Shown: positions 37,501 through 47,934 of the stretch, piece by piece | Layout of the letters: the number at the start of each line of letters is the position of its first letter | Position numbering within the stretch: the first letter of the stretch is position 1 | From: Dendrobates tinctorius | Taxonomy: Eukaryota | Reading direction: 5' to 3' | Assembly: GCF_039654945.1 (NCBI RefSeq) | Contig: NW_027361688.1 | Span: 8,680,001-8,744,000 of the forward strand | DNA length: 64,000 nt | Translations under genes and position numbers: made by a program | The notes under the pieces: generated by a model | Database searches by the model: none | Told to the model about the DNA's origin: nothing | Seen by the model: only the letters and a program-made list of their open reading frames with translations

Positions 37501-38071
37501 ACAGGAGAACCTTGACCTAATATTGGCTAATAAACAAGCAACTCTGGTAAATCGGTTGCTTGAGGCATTCCCAGCACACAGCAGCGGTGATGGTTCTCAC
37601 ACGAGCCGTACGGGCCGGGGGCAGCTTGGCAGAGGTGTTCGTGGTGCACACAGCAGAAGTGGCGTTGGAGACAGGGGTTTCATGACAATGTTGTGGACTG
37701 ATTTTTCAAATACCGCTCACACAACTGGTAATACTGCATCGATGGAAAGTGACAGGAGACAGCAGTTGTCAACTATGGTTACAAACTACTTTTCCTCCCA
37801 TATCGATGTTCTCCCACACAGGTCATTCCCCTTTGACTATTGGGCCGCTAAACTGGACACCTGGCCTGAATTGGCCCAATATGCCTTACAGGAGCTCGCT
37901 TGCCCAGCTGCAAGTGTGCTATCGGAAAGAGTCTTCAGTGCAGCTGGATCAATCCTGACAGAAAAAAGGACCCGTCTGTCAACCCAAAATGTGGATGATC
38001 TAACCTTCATTAAAATGAACCACGCATGGGTTTCCAAGGATTTTGTCCCACCTTCCCCTGATGACACATAG
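34532..38071 (+). CDS. hAT transposase (BED zinc finger, DDE/RNase-H core, dimerisation domain; ZBED-like), 1179 aa, intronless
   Basis: BED finger VWHFF...CKKC...MLRHLTSMH; catalytic LTTDAW, VVSDNG, CLAH, TRWNS, SERVFS; first ATG at 34532. Confidence 0.93.
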   Translation: MRKAGGRGRGIGRGLAAGNDGVGGGSDGSGKSKIGPNAGGADPASSSGYIRPRTLSFLGVGKPLLKAEHQEKVLSYIADSASSSIASSSSVVKSKSTESSLEAHVHEPHLSLCPSPQPRLKDDAGHTTDYSMELFSHTMPGLSSQMVNYPGQDESDMECTDAQPLMDDSAGTFTQSTTLSSQCTEPDFDPDETQVPLPAHYTTIHGDTEKGAHDIEEEVMDDPVVDPDWHPLGEEGAASNSSDEEHPQQTSTSQQLLSGRPGALQRQVPNIKRVAGQLVQRVKRSQRARPQNVCQSRKSAVWHFFEQNPHDQAKVICKKCAKTFSRGKNLKNLNTSCMLRHLTSMHLQAWTQHQTSSATCATDHNEGSQQRYIVSPTVSTPVSTAANVEVSLQGHSSQGIPLLYQRKTDSRPSERTPTPSPSSTLSQSALSTATSTICSSQVQLTLPDTMSRSRKYSVSHPRTLGLNAHIAKLISFEMMPFRLVESTAFRELMAYAVPCYDLPSRHFFSRKAIPALHHHVKDRIVHALKQSVSGKVHLTTDAWSSRHGQGRYVSITAHWVNVVDAGSTGDSGGGTVLPSPWSRKQLAVGVRPSSSSSRSDSSSTERSRTSTPSAAATVAHDVSPYRAASGKRQQAVLQMMCLGDRHTAEVLAEYLKRQTESWLGSVHLEAGKVVSDNGRNFVAAIALSKLSHIPCLAHTLNLVVQCFLKNYLELTALLQKVRRLCAHIRRSPVHSVRMQKLQRLLHLPNHRLIIDIATRWNSTLHMVERLCEQRQAIMHLWEDTRPGTLRADMELTGVQWSKLKDLCKVLQCFEECTRLVSADDAILSMSIPLMRLLMQTLTHLKEQASAANVDEEEEEEGILDDIQPLSAQGPLLDEVEEEEEEEEEDDGDDYLGEEDASRGASENVGVARSGTGFVRDWRVVDLPESAPPPSTRSASLTPGTLAHMSDYALRILKRDPRIAKMMNNDDYWLASILDPRYKGKLQNIMPQENLDLILANKQATLVNRLLEAFPAHSSGDGSHTSRTGRGQLGRGVRGAHSRSGVGDRGFMTMLWTDFSNTAHTTGNTASMESDRRQQLSTMVTNYFSSHIDVLPHRSFPFDYWAAKLDTWPELAQYALQELACPAASVLSERVFSAAGSILTEKRTRLSTQNVDDLTFIKMNHAWVSKDFVPPSPDDT

Positions 38072-38269
38072 GGTGACAGAAAAATGGCTTGCTTTGGTCC
38101 ACCTCTTCCTGGTACTTCACCTATTTCGCCTTTTGCATCAGTTGAATGTCCAACAACAACATATGCCACTTTCTAAAACTCCCTAACTGTGCTGCCTCCC
38201 CCCCCATGGCCGGGGTCACCACCTAGCGCACGACACCGTGCGAGTGCCGTTGCCCTGAACAGGTGGGTA

Positions 38270-38413
38270 GGCCGACTCTTGGGCGCGGGCACTGGCACAG
38301 GGTCCATCATAGTGCAATCAAGTGTCTCTGACGGCGGTGGTGCACACCCGCCGTCAGACACACCGCTGTACTATGAGGGGCCCAGTGCCAGTACCGACGC
38401 CCACGAGTGGGCC
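38270..38413 (+). other. Long imperfect RNA hairpin 3' of the transposase stop codon
   Basis: Nested stems ACTCTTGGGCG/CGCCCACGAGT, ACTGGCAC/GTGCCAGT, TCATAGTGCA/TGTACTATGA, TCTGACGGCGG/CCGCCGTCAGA. Confidence 0.75.
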
Positions 38414-38490
38414 CCCCTTGCTTGGCCAGGGCCCCAGCATTTGCAATCTTTACCTCTCCCTGCTCCTCCGCTGTGTAATCTGGGCCGTCA

Positions 38491-40062
38491 AATCCATACT
38501 GTGCCTGACACCGTCTGAGCCTGCCTCCTGATGTATAGACATATATTTTGAATGTGTACGCTATCCATACATGTTATCCGGGGATACGTTACCCCTTCTA
38601 AACTTTGTGCAATGACGTGCAATCCATACTGGGCCTAACACCGTCTGAGCCTGCCTCATGCTGTATAGACATATATTTTGAATGTGTACGCTATCCATAC
38701 ATGTTATCCGGGGATACAGTACCCCTTCTAACCTTTGTGCAATGACGTGCAATCCATACTGGGCCTAACACCGTCTGAGCCTGCCTCATGCTGTATAGAC
38801 ATATATTTTGAATGTGTACGCTATCCATACATGTTATCCGGCGATACGGTACCCCTTCTAACCTTTGTGCAATGACGTGCAATCCATACTGGGCCTAACA
38901 CCGTCTGAGCCTGCCTCATGCTGTATAGACATATATTTTGAATGTGTACGCTATCCATACATGTTATCCGGGGATACGTTACCCTTCTAAACTTTGTGCA
39001 ATGACGTGCAATCCATACTGGGCCTAACACCGTCTGAGCCTGCCTCATGCTGTATAGACATATATTTTGAATGTGTACGCTATCCATACATGTTATCCGG
39101 GGATACGGTACCCTTTCTAACCTTTGTGCAATGACGTGCAATCCATACTGGGCCTAACACCGTCTGAGCCTGCCTCATGCTGTATAGACATATATTTTGA
39201 ATGTGTACGCTATCCATACATGTTATCCGGGGATACGGTACCCCTTCTAACCTTTGTGCAATGATGTGCAATCCATACTGGGCCTAACACCGTCTGAGCC
39301 TGCCTCATGCTGTATAGACATATATTTTGAATGTGTACGCTATCCATACATGTTATCCGGGGATACGGTACCCTTTCTAACCTTTGTGCAATGACGTGCA
39401 ATCCATACTGGGCCTAACACCGTCTGAGCCTGCCTCATGCTGTATAGACATATATTTTGAATGTGTACGCTATCCATACATGTTATCCGGGGATACGTTA
39501 CCCCTTCTAAACTTTGTGCAATGACGTGCAATCCATACTGGGCCTAACACCGTCTGAGCCTGCCTCATGCTGTATAGACATATATTTTGAATGTGTACGC
39601 TATCCATACATGTTATCCGGGGATACGGTACCCTTTCTAACCTTTGTGCAATGACGTGCAATCCATACTGGGCCTAACACCGTCTGAGCCTGCCTCATGC
39701 TGTATAGACATATATTTTGAATGTGTACGCTATCCATACATGTTATCCGGGGATACGGTACCCCTTCTAACCTTTGTGCAATGACGTGCAATCCATACTG
39801 GGCCTAACACCGTCTGAGCCTGCCTCATGCTGTATAGACATATATTTTGAAAGTGTACGCTATCCATACATGTTATCCGGGGATACGGTACCCCTTCTAA
39901 CCTTTGTGCAATGACGTGCAATCCATACTGGGCCTAACACCGTCTGAGCCTGCCTCATGCTGTATAGACATATATTTTGAATGTGTACGCTATCCATACA
40001 TGTTATCCAGGGATACGGTACCCTTTCTAACCTTTGTGCAATCACGTGCAATCCATACTGGG
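38491..40062. repeat. 130-bp tandem array, ~12 copies, 3' of the transposase
   Basis: Unit begins GGGCCTAACACCGTCTGAGCCTGCCTCATGCTG; 130-bp periodicity with one 129-bp unit. Confidence 0.97.
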
Positions 40063-40892
40063 CGTGAGAACGGCTGGCGAGCTGTTAAGCAAGGATTCCC
40101 TAGCGAGGAGACTTATTTGATTGTTTTCTATGTTGGGACAGCAATTTTTGGGGAGCACTATACTCTGGAGAATGATAGATGGGGCCCACCATACACTGAA
40201 ACATTCCAAAGGTGGACATCAGACACTGGAGCAGCATTTACAGGGCCCATTATACACTAGAGCATTAGAAATGGGGCCCATTATGTTTGGAGCATTATTT
40301 GGGCCCATAAGACAGTGGAGCTTCATCCATGGGGACCAACATATACTGTAGCATTATGTGGAGCTCATCATATACTGTTTCAAACATTATATGGGACCAA
40401 TGATTTTGTATGGAGAAATAGATGGGCCTCGTCATGAGATGTAAAAAGTGAGGTATTTTTCATTGTACTATACCGCTATTTCTCTGCCGTATCGGAGCAT
40501 GATGAGTTGTGGTATGTGTTAAAGGGTCGCTCTTTCGCCCAGGGCACATGAAAACCTGCAGCCAGCCCTCCCCCCCCCCCACAAATTTAGCCAAATAACC
40601 CCCATTTTTCAGTGCGTAACTTGTATTATGAAGTTAATTAAGGTTGACAAGCTTAAGTAAGAAGAATTGATGCTTTTGGCATTCAAATGGGCACTGTAGG
40701 TGTGTTTCCTGTCCTCCTCTCACTGCCGACTTTTATTCCCCATTGACTTACATTGGGTTTCGTGTTTCGGGACGACCCCGACTTTTCCCTATAATCGGAC
40801 GATCTTGCTCGACCCGACTTTTGGAAAAGTCGGGTTTCGCGAAACGAAACGCGACCCTAAAAAAGCAAAAGTCGCTCAACTCTAATGGTGTG

Positions 40893-41719
40893 AAATACAG
40901 GGTTATTTTTGAGCAAAACCTGTTTCAGTCTGTCAGTGATTTGAGGCTGAGACGGAAGTTCACATTCCAACAAGACAATGAACTAAAGCATACTGCTAAA
41001 GCAATGCTCAAATGTTTTAAGGGGAAAAGGGTAATTGTGTTGGATTGGCCTAGTCACAGCCCAAACCTTAATTCAATTAAGAATTTGTGTCAGATTTGAA
41101 GATTGCTCTTCACCATATAACTTGAAGAAGTTGGAGCAGTTTTGCCTTGACGAATGGGCAAAAATCCCAGTGGTAAGATGTGGAAAGCTCAGAGAAACTT
41201 ATCCAAAGCGACTTTATTATTATATTTATTATGCTTTAGCTTATATTCCGCAGCACTTTACAGACACTATCATTGCTGTCCCAATGAGGTTCACAATCTA
41301 GATTCCCTATCAGGGTGGGAGGAAACCAGAGAACCCCCACAGAAACACGGGGAAAACATACAAACTCCTTGCAGATGTTGTCCTTGGTGGGATTTGAACC
41401 CTCGACCCCAGCACCGCAAAGCAACAATGCTAACCACTGAGCCACCATGCTTGCAGCTGTAATTGCCACAAACTGAGGATCTACAAAGTACTGACTTTAG
41501 GGGGCTAAATAGTTATGCACCCTGAAGTTTTCAGTTATTTTGTCTTACCTGTTTTTTGCTTCACATTAAAAAGAAAACCAAATGTTCACAGTTGTAGACA
41601 TGTTCTTAACATGAACTGATGCAAACCCTATAAAAAAAAACAGTGAAATTTCAGTTTGTGAAGTAGAAAAACACGAAAAATGTCAAGGAAGGGGCGAATA
41701 GTACTTTTGCAAGCCACTG
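40893..41719 (+). mobile_element. Tc1 relic, right piece with right TIR (interrupted by a SINE)
   Basis: FTFQQDNELKH, WPSHSPNLNSI, ETYPKRL; ends TTTTGCAAGCCACTG. Confidence 0.85.
41213..41450 (-). mobile_element. tRNA-derived SINE
   Basis: Minus-strand A box TGGCTCAGTGGTTAGC and B box GGTTCAAATCCC; (TAA)n-like tail; splits the Tc1 PKRL|AAVIA sequence. Confidence 0.8.
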
Positions 41720-44700
41720 TGGGATCCTAGAATCAGAAGAACGATCAAAACTCTTGTGTCCCATAAAAAACTCTTCTTTATTGAAACTAGTTAAGACATG
41801 GAAGCAGAGGAGAGTGTCCCTTCTGTGCCACACTCCCTTGCAACCATGTCTTAACTTGTTTTAAAAGATTTTTTATGGAACATAAAAGTGCCGCCCATTC
41901 TTCTGACTCTACGATTCCACAAAGATCTTGTTTCCTCTAGGTGGAGCACCTGATTTCGAAGCCAGCAAGCTGCATTTACCTCCACGAGGCTGCGCAAGAT
42001 TGAATGGTGGCGGCGAATTCCTTGTTTTACTTTCACAACCCACTGTATATGCTTTTGCAGAGTCCACAAATGTCTGCAATATGTTGTCGGGCAAAGGAAG
42101 CATGAAGCACCCTCTCTATAATATCTAGATCTCCTAATGGGTATAAACATTGCTGAAGAGGTTAAATTAATTATTCAAGATGATGAATAAGCTGCACTCA
42201 GGCAGCAATACATGGAAAAGAGCAAATTAAATATACTCAGACTTTTATTCCTGCCCGATTCATCTACACGTCCCACTCGTTTTTGGTTTAGATTGGCTGC
42301 AGACATCACAGCCTGTATACACCACTTGGTGTCTGCAGCCAATCTGTAGCCTCTGCGGTATATAGCCAGAAACCGCTGAGGCTATTGATTGGCTGAAGGC
42401 ATCACAAAGATTACAGGTTGTAGGTTTTGTAAAATTTTGGAAATCCAAAATTTAGGACAGAGAAGGATCCAATGATTAACTGTTCGAGTCTCAATAGGGC
42501 CATGAGGGAATCATAGGACCGCTGAAGCCTGTGATTGTCTGCAGCTGTCCTATGATTTCCTCATGGCCCTATTTTCGCTACCCGACCCAGCGCAGACCAC
42601 CAGACCAGCCTTGGAGTCACTGGGGTGATATGTATGATGTAGCATATGTTTTGTCAGTTACTGAGATTGATCCTTGTACCTCCGTCTTTCATTAATATGA
42701 GCTGAGAGAGTCACAAACATCAATGTCCATGTTTTTTTTTATAACAGTAGGGATTACATTACAGTCCTTTCCAGGATTCCTGTCACAGCCTCCCCATACA
42801 TTCACTTTTGTCATTTACGCATTGGGCAATGGACGCCTTCTGTCAGGTGCCTCGGAGGATTATTACATCAACATCCAGTGTGGACATAACGTAGTAGCCA
42901 TATTGAGAAGGTCAACACACACAGCGGCAGAATTGTGAAGACAATCTACAGGAAAATCTGTATTTATTCTCCATAGCAACCAATCACAGAGCTGCTTTCA
43001 TTTTACCAGAGCTCTCCATAGCAACCAATCACAGAGCTTCATTTTACCAGAGCAGTGGAGAAAATGAAAACTGCACTGTGAACGGTCGCTATGGGAACAG
43101 AGACAGTGAGGCTTAGCACGCTTATAATTTCTATTCCGCCGGCTATATACAGCACACTGACCCATGTCATTCATTAGGGCTTTTTAGATGCACGGTACTG
43201 AGGTCACAGGAGTTCAGGCCGGCAGCGAGCGCAGGCTCAGTGACGTCACCGCTAGTCACTGAGCCTGCGCCCGCTGCTTCTCATTCATTCCCCAGTAGTT
43301 TACAGCCAGAGCAGTTGCATTATCACTGCTCCGGTTGTAAACCGATATCCGCCCAGATATGGATTACGGCGAGGGACTGAACGCTAGACAGGTATGGTAT
43401 ATTGGGAGATCAAGGGCATCTCCTGGAATAAGAGTAGACTAAAGATGGGAAACTGTGTTTAGTTTTATTTCATTAAAATACTTTTTTCTAGCTGTGATTG
43501 TTTATTTAACCCTTTCAATACTCTAGGATTAGTAATGGATAGGTGTCTTATTGTCACCTCTCCGTTATTAAGCCGGGCTTAATGTCACCTTACAATAGGA
43601 AGGTGACATTAACCCCCATTACCCCACTTGCCACCTCTACAGGGCAAGTGGGAAGAACTGGGCAAAGCTCCAGAATTGGTGCATCTAATAGATGCGTCTT
43701 TTCTGGGCAGCTGCTATCTGCTGTGTTTAGGCTTGGGGGGGCCCAAAACCCATGGCCCCTTACCAGTCTGAGAATAGCAGCCCGCACCTGTGAGTTTTGT
43801 CTGGTTGGTTTATTAAAAAAAGGGGGACCCCACGTCGGGTTCTTATTTCATTCATTCTCCCATTTCCATCATTTTCAGCAATTTTTAGACCCCCTCCAGA
43901 CCTCCGGGGCAGGTGTGGGGCCACCGGAAAAATATTCAAGTTTCTCATTGACTTCCATTATACTCGTTACTCGGGTCGAGTATCCGAGCATTACGATTTG
44001 CTCAACTTAAGTAACGAAAACCCAGGCATTTTAGTGCTAACTGATCACTATTTTTTACATATTACATTTATTATGTTCTGGGGTCTAAAAAGACCCCAAC
44101 GCATAATAAGGAGCAATACATTTGTGGGTAATAAGTTGACCGAAAATTGAACTCCCAAGGGAAAATTCTCCACGCGAATCAGCGATTTCAAACTTTGCCT
44201 GATCCACTTATCTCTAATCAACACAATAAAATAGGAGGCATTACCTGCGGATCAATTGTATGTTTAAAAAAAAATACTGTTTTTACTCCAATACACATTC
44301 TGAGCTCCATACGACAGTGCAGCATTCCTGTTAGCACTCAGGATGCAGACTTTTATATGTATGGGCAGCTCCACAATATACTGTAGACTCACTTATCTCC
44401 TGAAATACTACTGGAGTGTTCTTTTTCTTTCGCTATTGGTATATGAGCTCCCACTGATTATCAGCTTATGATTCTGTCCCACACATTATCAGCACACTCC
44501 TGATATACTCTGTGCTGCTCTTAGACGCTTTAATTTTCTCTCTATGATCTTAGGATGGGACATAAGTCATTGTCTCCTGCAAAATCAGTTCCCTCTTCTC
44601 CTGCTGCTTCCATCCAAGATCTGACTGACTCAAGAAATATGTAGGAGGAGTATCCTGGCAGCGCTCTACTAAATGCTATTGGTTGATGGAAGAATAAACA

Positions 44701-45049
44701 TAATAATATTGCTATTTATTTTTTTCCCGCCGCAGCTATTTTTCATTTTTGTGCCTTTTTTTATTCCGCATCTTGCAAGACTCATCACTTTTTTTCTCCA
44801 CCGACATAGCCGCTCGTTTCTTTTAGGACAAGTTGCAATTTTGAATGACGCCATTCATTTTAATAAGCTGTTCTGAGAAAATTGGAAAAAAATTCCAAGT
44901 GGAATGAAATGGTGAAAAAAACTCATTTCTGCCATTGTTTCTTTGATTTTATAGTGTTCATTCTGTGGTAAAAACAACCTGACACCATGATTCTCCAGGT
45001 CTGTACAATTACAATGCAATATTTTCTGGAAATTTAAATATGAAAATAG

Positions 45050-45270
45050 CCTCTTCAGAAAGGAGGACTTGAACTGTAGAGCCACCTATTAAAGGTTAGT
45101 AATCTTAAAAGTCAATATCGACCCTTTAACAAGCTTTGCCATGTGACTTAGCTTTGGAAGCCAAAGGAGACACTTTTGCAGACAGTATGTGTTTCAGGGT
45201 GTTTGCCCCTTATACGGTAAGTGCAAAGCAAGAGGACTGATTTGGCTAAATGAGAGGCTTCTGATTGGGG
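45050..45270 (-). mobile_element. Degenerate copy of the hammerhead-bearing repeat at ~51240-51760
   Basis: AAGTCAATATC...ATGTGAC...CAGACAG...TGTTTC.GGGTGTT.GCCCCT is homologous to the reverse complement of 51380-51500; CUGAUGA core disrupted. Confidence 0.65.
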
Positions 45271-45408
45271 GTCTTTGTGATTGTCACACAAGCAACAGGG
45301 AATGAAAATCTGTTCAATTTGGTGCAGCTCAGTTATGCAGAATTTCCTGAGGCCTTTTCTGGATTTTTTTTGTGTGAAGATTTTCCGCAAAATATCTTAT
45401 ATGTGTCA

Positions 45409-46434
45409 GGCTACGTTCACACGTGGCGTTTTTTGCATTTTCGCGGCAGTTTTAACCGCCCAATTTTGCCGCGAAAAATAAGCATCACATGCATTCCTAT
45501 GAGATTCCGCAATGCTGTGCTAATGCTGCGGTTTTTACCGCGGCGGAATCGCTTCGCGGTAAAAAACGCAGCATGCTCATTAGCGGAATCGCGGCGATCC
45601 CGCACCCATAGGAATGCATTGCTCTGCTTACTTTCCGCATGTGGCTGTGCACACCATGCAAAAAGTAAGAACATTTGCGGATGGTACCCACGGTTTGGAG
45701 GAGAGGAGACTGTCCTCCGTGCTTTGGGTACCATATCCCTGTATAAAATAGAATTTAAAATAAAAAATATTCTTATTCTTATCTTCTGGCATCCCGCGCA
45801 GCCTTCCCGCCTCTCTCCACGCTCCTGGTTCCAGTAATCCTTTGCGTAAATGACCGCGATGACGTCCGTTCTCACGGGATCGTGAAGCCTCGCGGTCATT
45901 CGTGTGACGTCATCGCGAATGGCCGCGATGACGTCCGTTCTCGTGGGATCGCGAAGTCTCGTGGTAATTCGCGCGACATCATTGCGAATGACCCCGAGAC
46001 GTCACGGTCCTGCGAGAACGGACGTCATTGTGGTCATTTTCGCAAAGGATTAGTGGGATCGGGAGCGTGGAGAGAGGCAGGGCAGCTGCGCGGGACGCCG
46101 AAAGGTAAGAATAACAATATTTTTTATTTTTTTATTATTTTTTTACATCCTATCTTTTACTATTGATGCCGCACAGGCAGCCTCAATAGTGAAAAGTTGG
46201 TCACACTCGTCAAACACTATGTTTGACCAGTGTGACCAACCTGTCAATCAGTTCTCCAAGCGATGCTCCAGATCGCTTGGAAAACACTAGCATTCTGCAA
46301 GCTAATTACGCTTGCAAAACGCTAGTTTTTCTGCGGGAAAATCACGGGAATTTAAAATGCGATTTTCCCGCGGAATGGAATTCGGAATTCTCGCGGTTAT
46401 TTCCGCGAGAGTTCCGCTACGTGTGAACGTAGCC
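45409..46434. mobile_element. Complete PIF/Harbinger-type non-autonomous element
   Basis: 16-bp TIR GGCTACGTTCACACGT; 3-bp TSD TCA on both sides; internal long palindrome. Confidence 0.9.
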
Positions 46435-46612
46435 TCAGTCTCACTTGTGAATTCCTCCTACCCAAATATTTATTAACTTCTAGCCTGGGGAGGGGGCAAA
46501 AGATGAAAGGTCAGGAATAATCTTTATTGCAGGTTATAAAAGGCATAGAGTGAAGGTGAAAAGTCACACGGGACCAAACTCAAAAGGGGGCATGTGATGT
46601 TGTTACCCTTAA

Positions 46613-46961
46613 AGGTTATGTGCACACGCTGCGGATTCTGCTGCGGATTTGGCCCTGCGGATCCGCAGCAGTTCCACAGACATTGTACAGTACAATGTTA
46701 ACCAATGGGATTTCAAATCCACAGTGCACATGCTGCGGATTTTTCTGTGCGGATTTGCTGCTGTTTTAAATCCGCAGCATGTCAATTCTTTCTGCGGATT
46801 CCACAGCGATTTGCCACCTGGTCCATTGTCCAGGTGTCAATCCGCAGGGGAAAACCGCTGGCAAATCCACAGGAAAACCACAGACTCACTTTACCTGCGG
46901 TTTTACCTACAAATCCGCGTGGAAAAATCTGTAGGTGAATCTGCAGCGTGTGGACTCACCC
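46613..46961. mobile_element. Harbinger-type MITE
   Basis: TAA flanks; GTGCACACGCTGCGGATT / AATCTGCAGCGTGTGGAC; GCGGATT repeats. Confidence 0.7.
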
Positions 46962-47620
46962 TAACTCCTTTACTGCACAGATGATCATACAATCTGGATG
47001 CAGAATGGTTAACCCAGGTACATCCAAAAAGGTGATAAGATATGAGCACATTTTATTACTCCAGGAGGTAGGGAACAAAGGGCACACAAGCATTCAAAGA
47101 TGGAGAAGTGCCAGGGGAATCTATAGTTAGTGGAGATGAGTGAAGGGGGCTTCACTGCCAAACTCTGAATTCATAAGAAATACTTAAAGAGAGCTTCAAC
47201 CAGCCTTCAACTCCTTAGCTGGTTTCTGAGCTCTAGAAGCACCAGAAGATTTGGTCATAGGCAACTCAGAGGCGAGATGACTCATTATGGGAAGCGATTT
47301 GATAAGGAACTAATGAAAGCGAAGGAATCAAGTTTTTTTACAAAATTCCTTGAAAAAGTCCTTTAAAAGTTCCTATCCTTATCTCTTTTAAGAGCACTCC
47401 GAGTAAAATCAATTGGCGAGATAAGGATAGTCGGATCTCCAGAAATAGGGCCGAGGGAGGAATTACCATCTAAAGCAAGAAATAAAGCTAATCACCTCTC
47501 CTACTCACCCTCCCAATATAAAGTATCAAATATTACATATAAATGTAAAATATATATGAGAAGTTATGAACTAGGTTTACAACCTATTTTATAATGAAAC
47601 AAAGTAACCGCGTTTAATAA

Positions 47621-47934
47621 GGCCTGTTTCACACTTAAGTTTTTTGTGTCAGTTAAAATCCGCCAAAAAGGCGGAAAGCGGATCCGTTCCTAACTGATGT
47701 GAACGGATGCCACCGGATCCGGGTTTTTTTACGGATCCGCCGAATGAAGAATTTTAAACGAACCGCTGCCCGGGGAAGAGAGAGAGATCCAACGGATGGC
47801 CATCCGTCAAGATCCGCCGGTAATGCAAGTCAATGGGGAAAAAAACGGATCTGCCAAAAAAAATGGCGGATCCGTTTTTTTGCAAAAACAGCGGATTTTG
47901 ACTGATGGTCAAAAACGGAAGTGTGAAACAGGCC
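47621..47934. mobile_element. Harbinger-type MITE
   Basis: TAA-GGCCTGTTTCACACTT ... AAGTGTGAAACAGGCC-TAA. Confidence 0.85.

Larger units (their letters stand above)
31622..40884 (+). mobile_element. Complete, putatively autonomous hAT transposon (9263 bp) with two internal satellite arrays
   Basis: 13-bp TIR TAGAGTTGAGCGA / TCGCTCAACTCTA; perfect 8-bp TSD ATGGTGTG (31614-31621, 40885-40892); the flanks rejoin a Tc1 sequence. Confidence 0.95.

Noticed and set aside
34532-38071. Domesticated host ZBED gene
   Set aside because: Intact TIRs, TSD and insertion into a Tc1 relic show it is a transposon copy, so no gene symbol was assigned
32190-40062. CRISPR-like interpretation of the arrays flanking a nuclease-domain ORF
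   Set aside because: Units are head-to-tail and near-identical with no unique spacers; the protein is a hAT transposase; the context is eukaryotic
41350-41450. tRNA gene
   Set aside because: A and B boxes belong to a SINE head followed by body and tail; no complete cloverleaf
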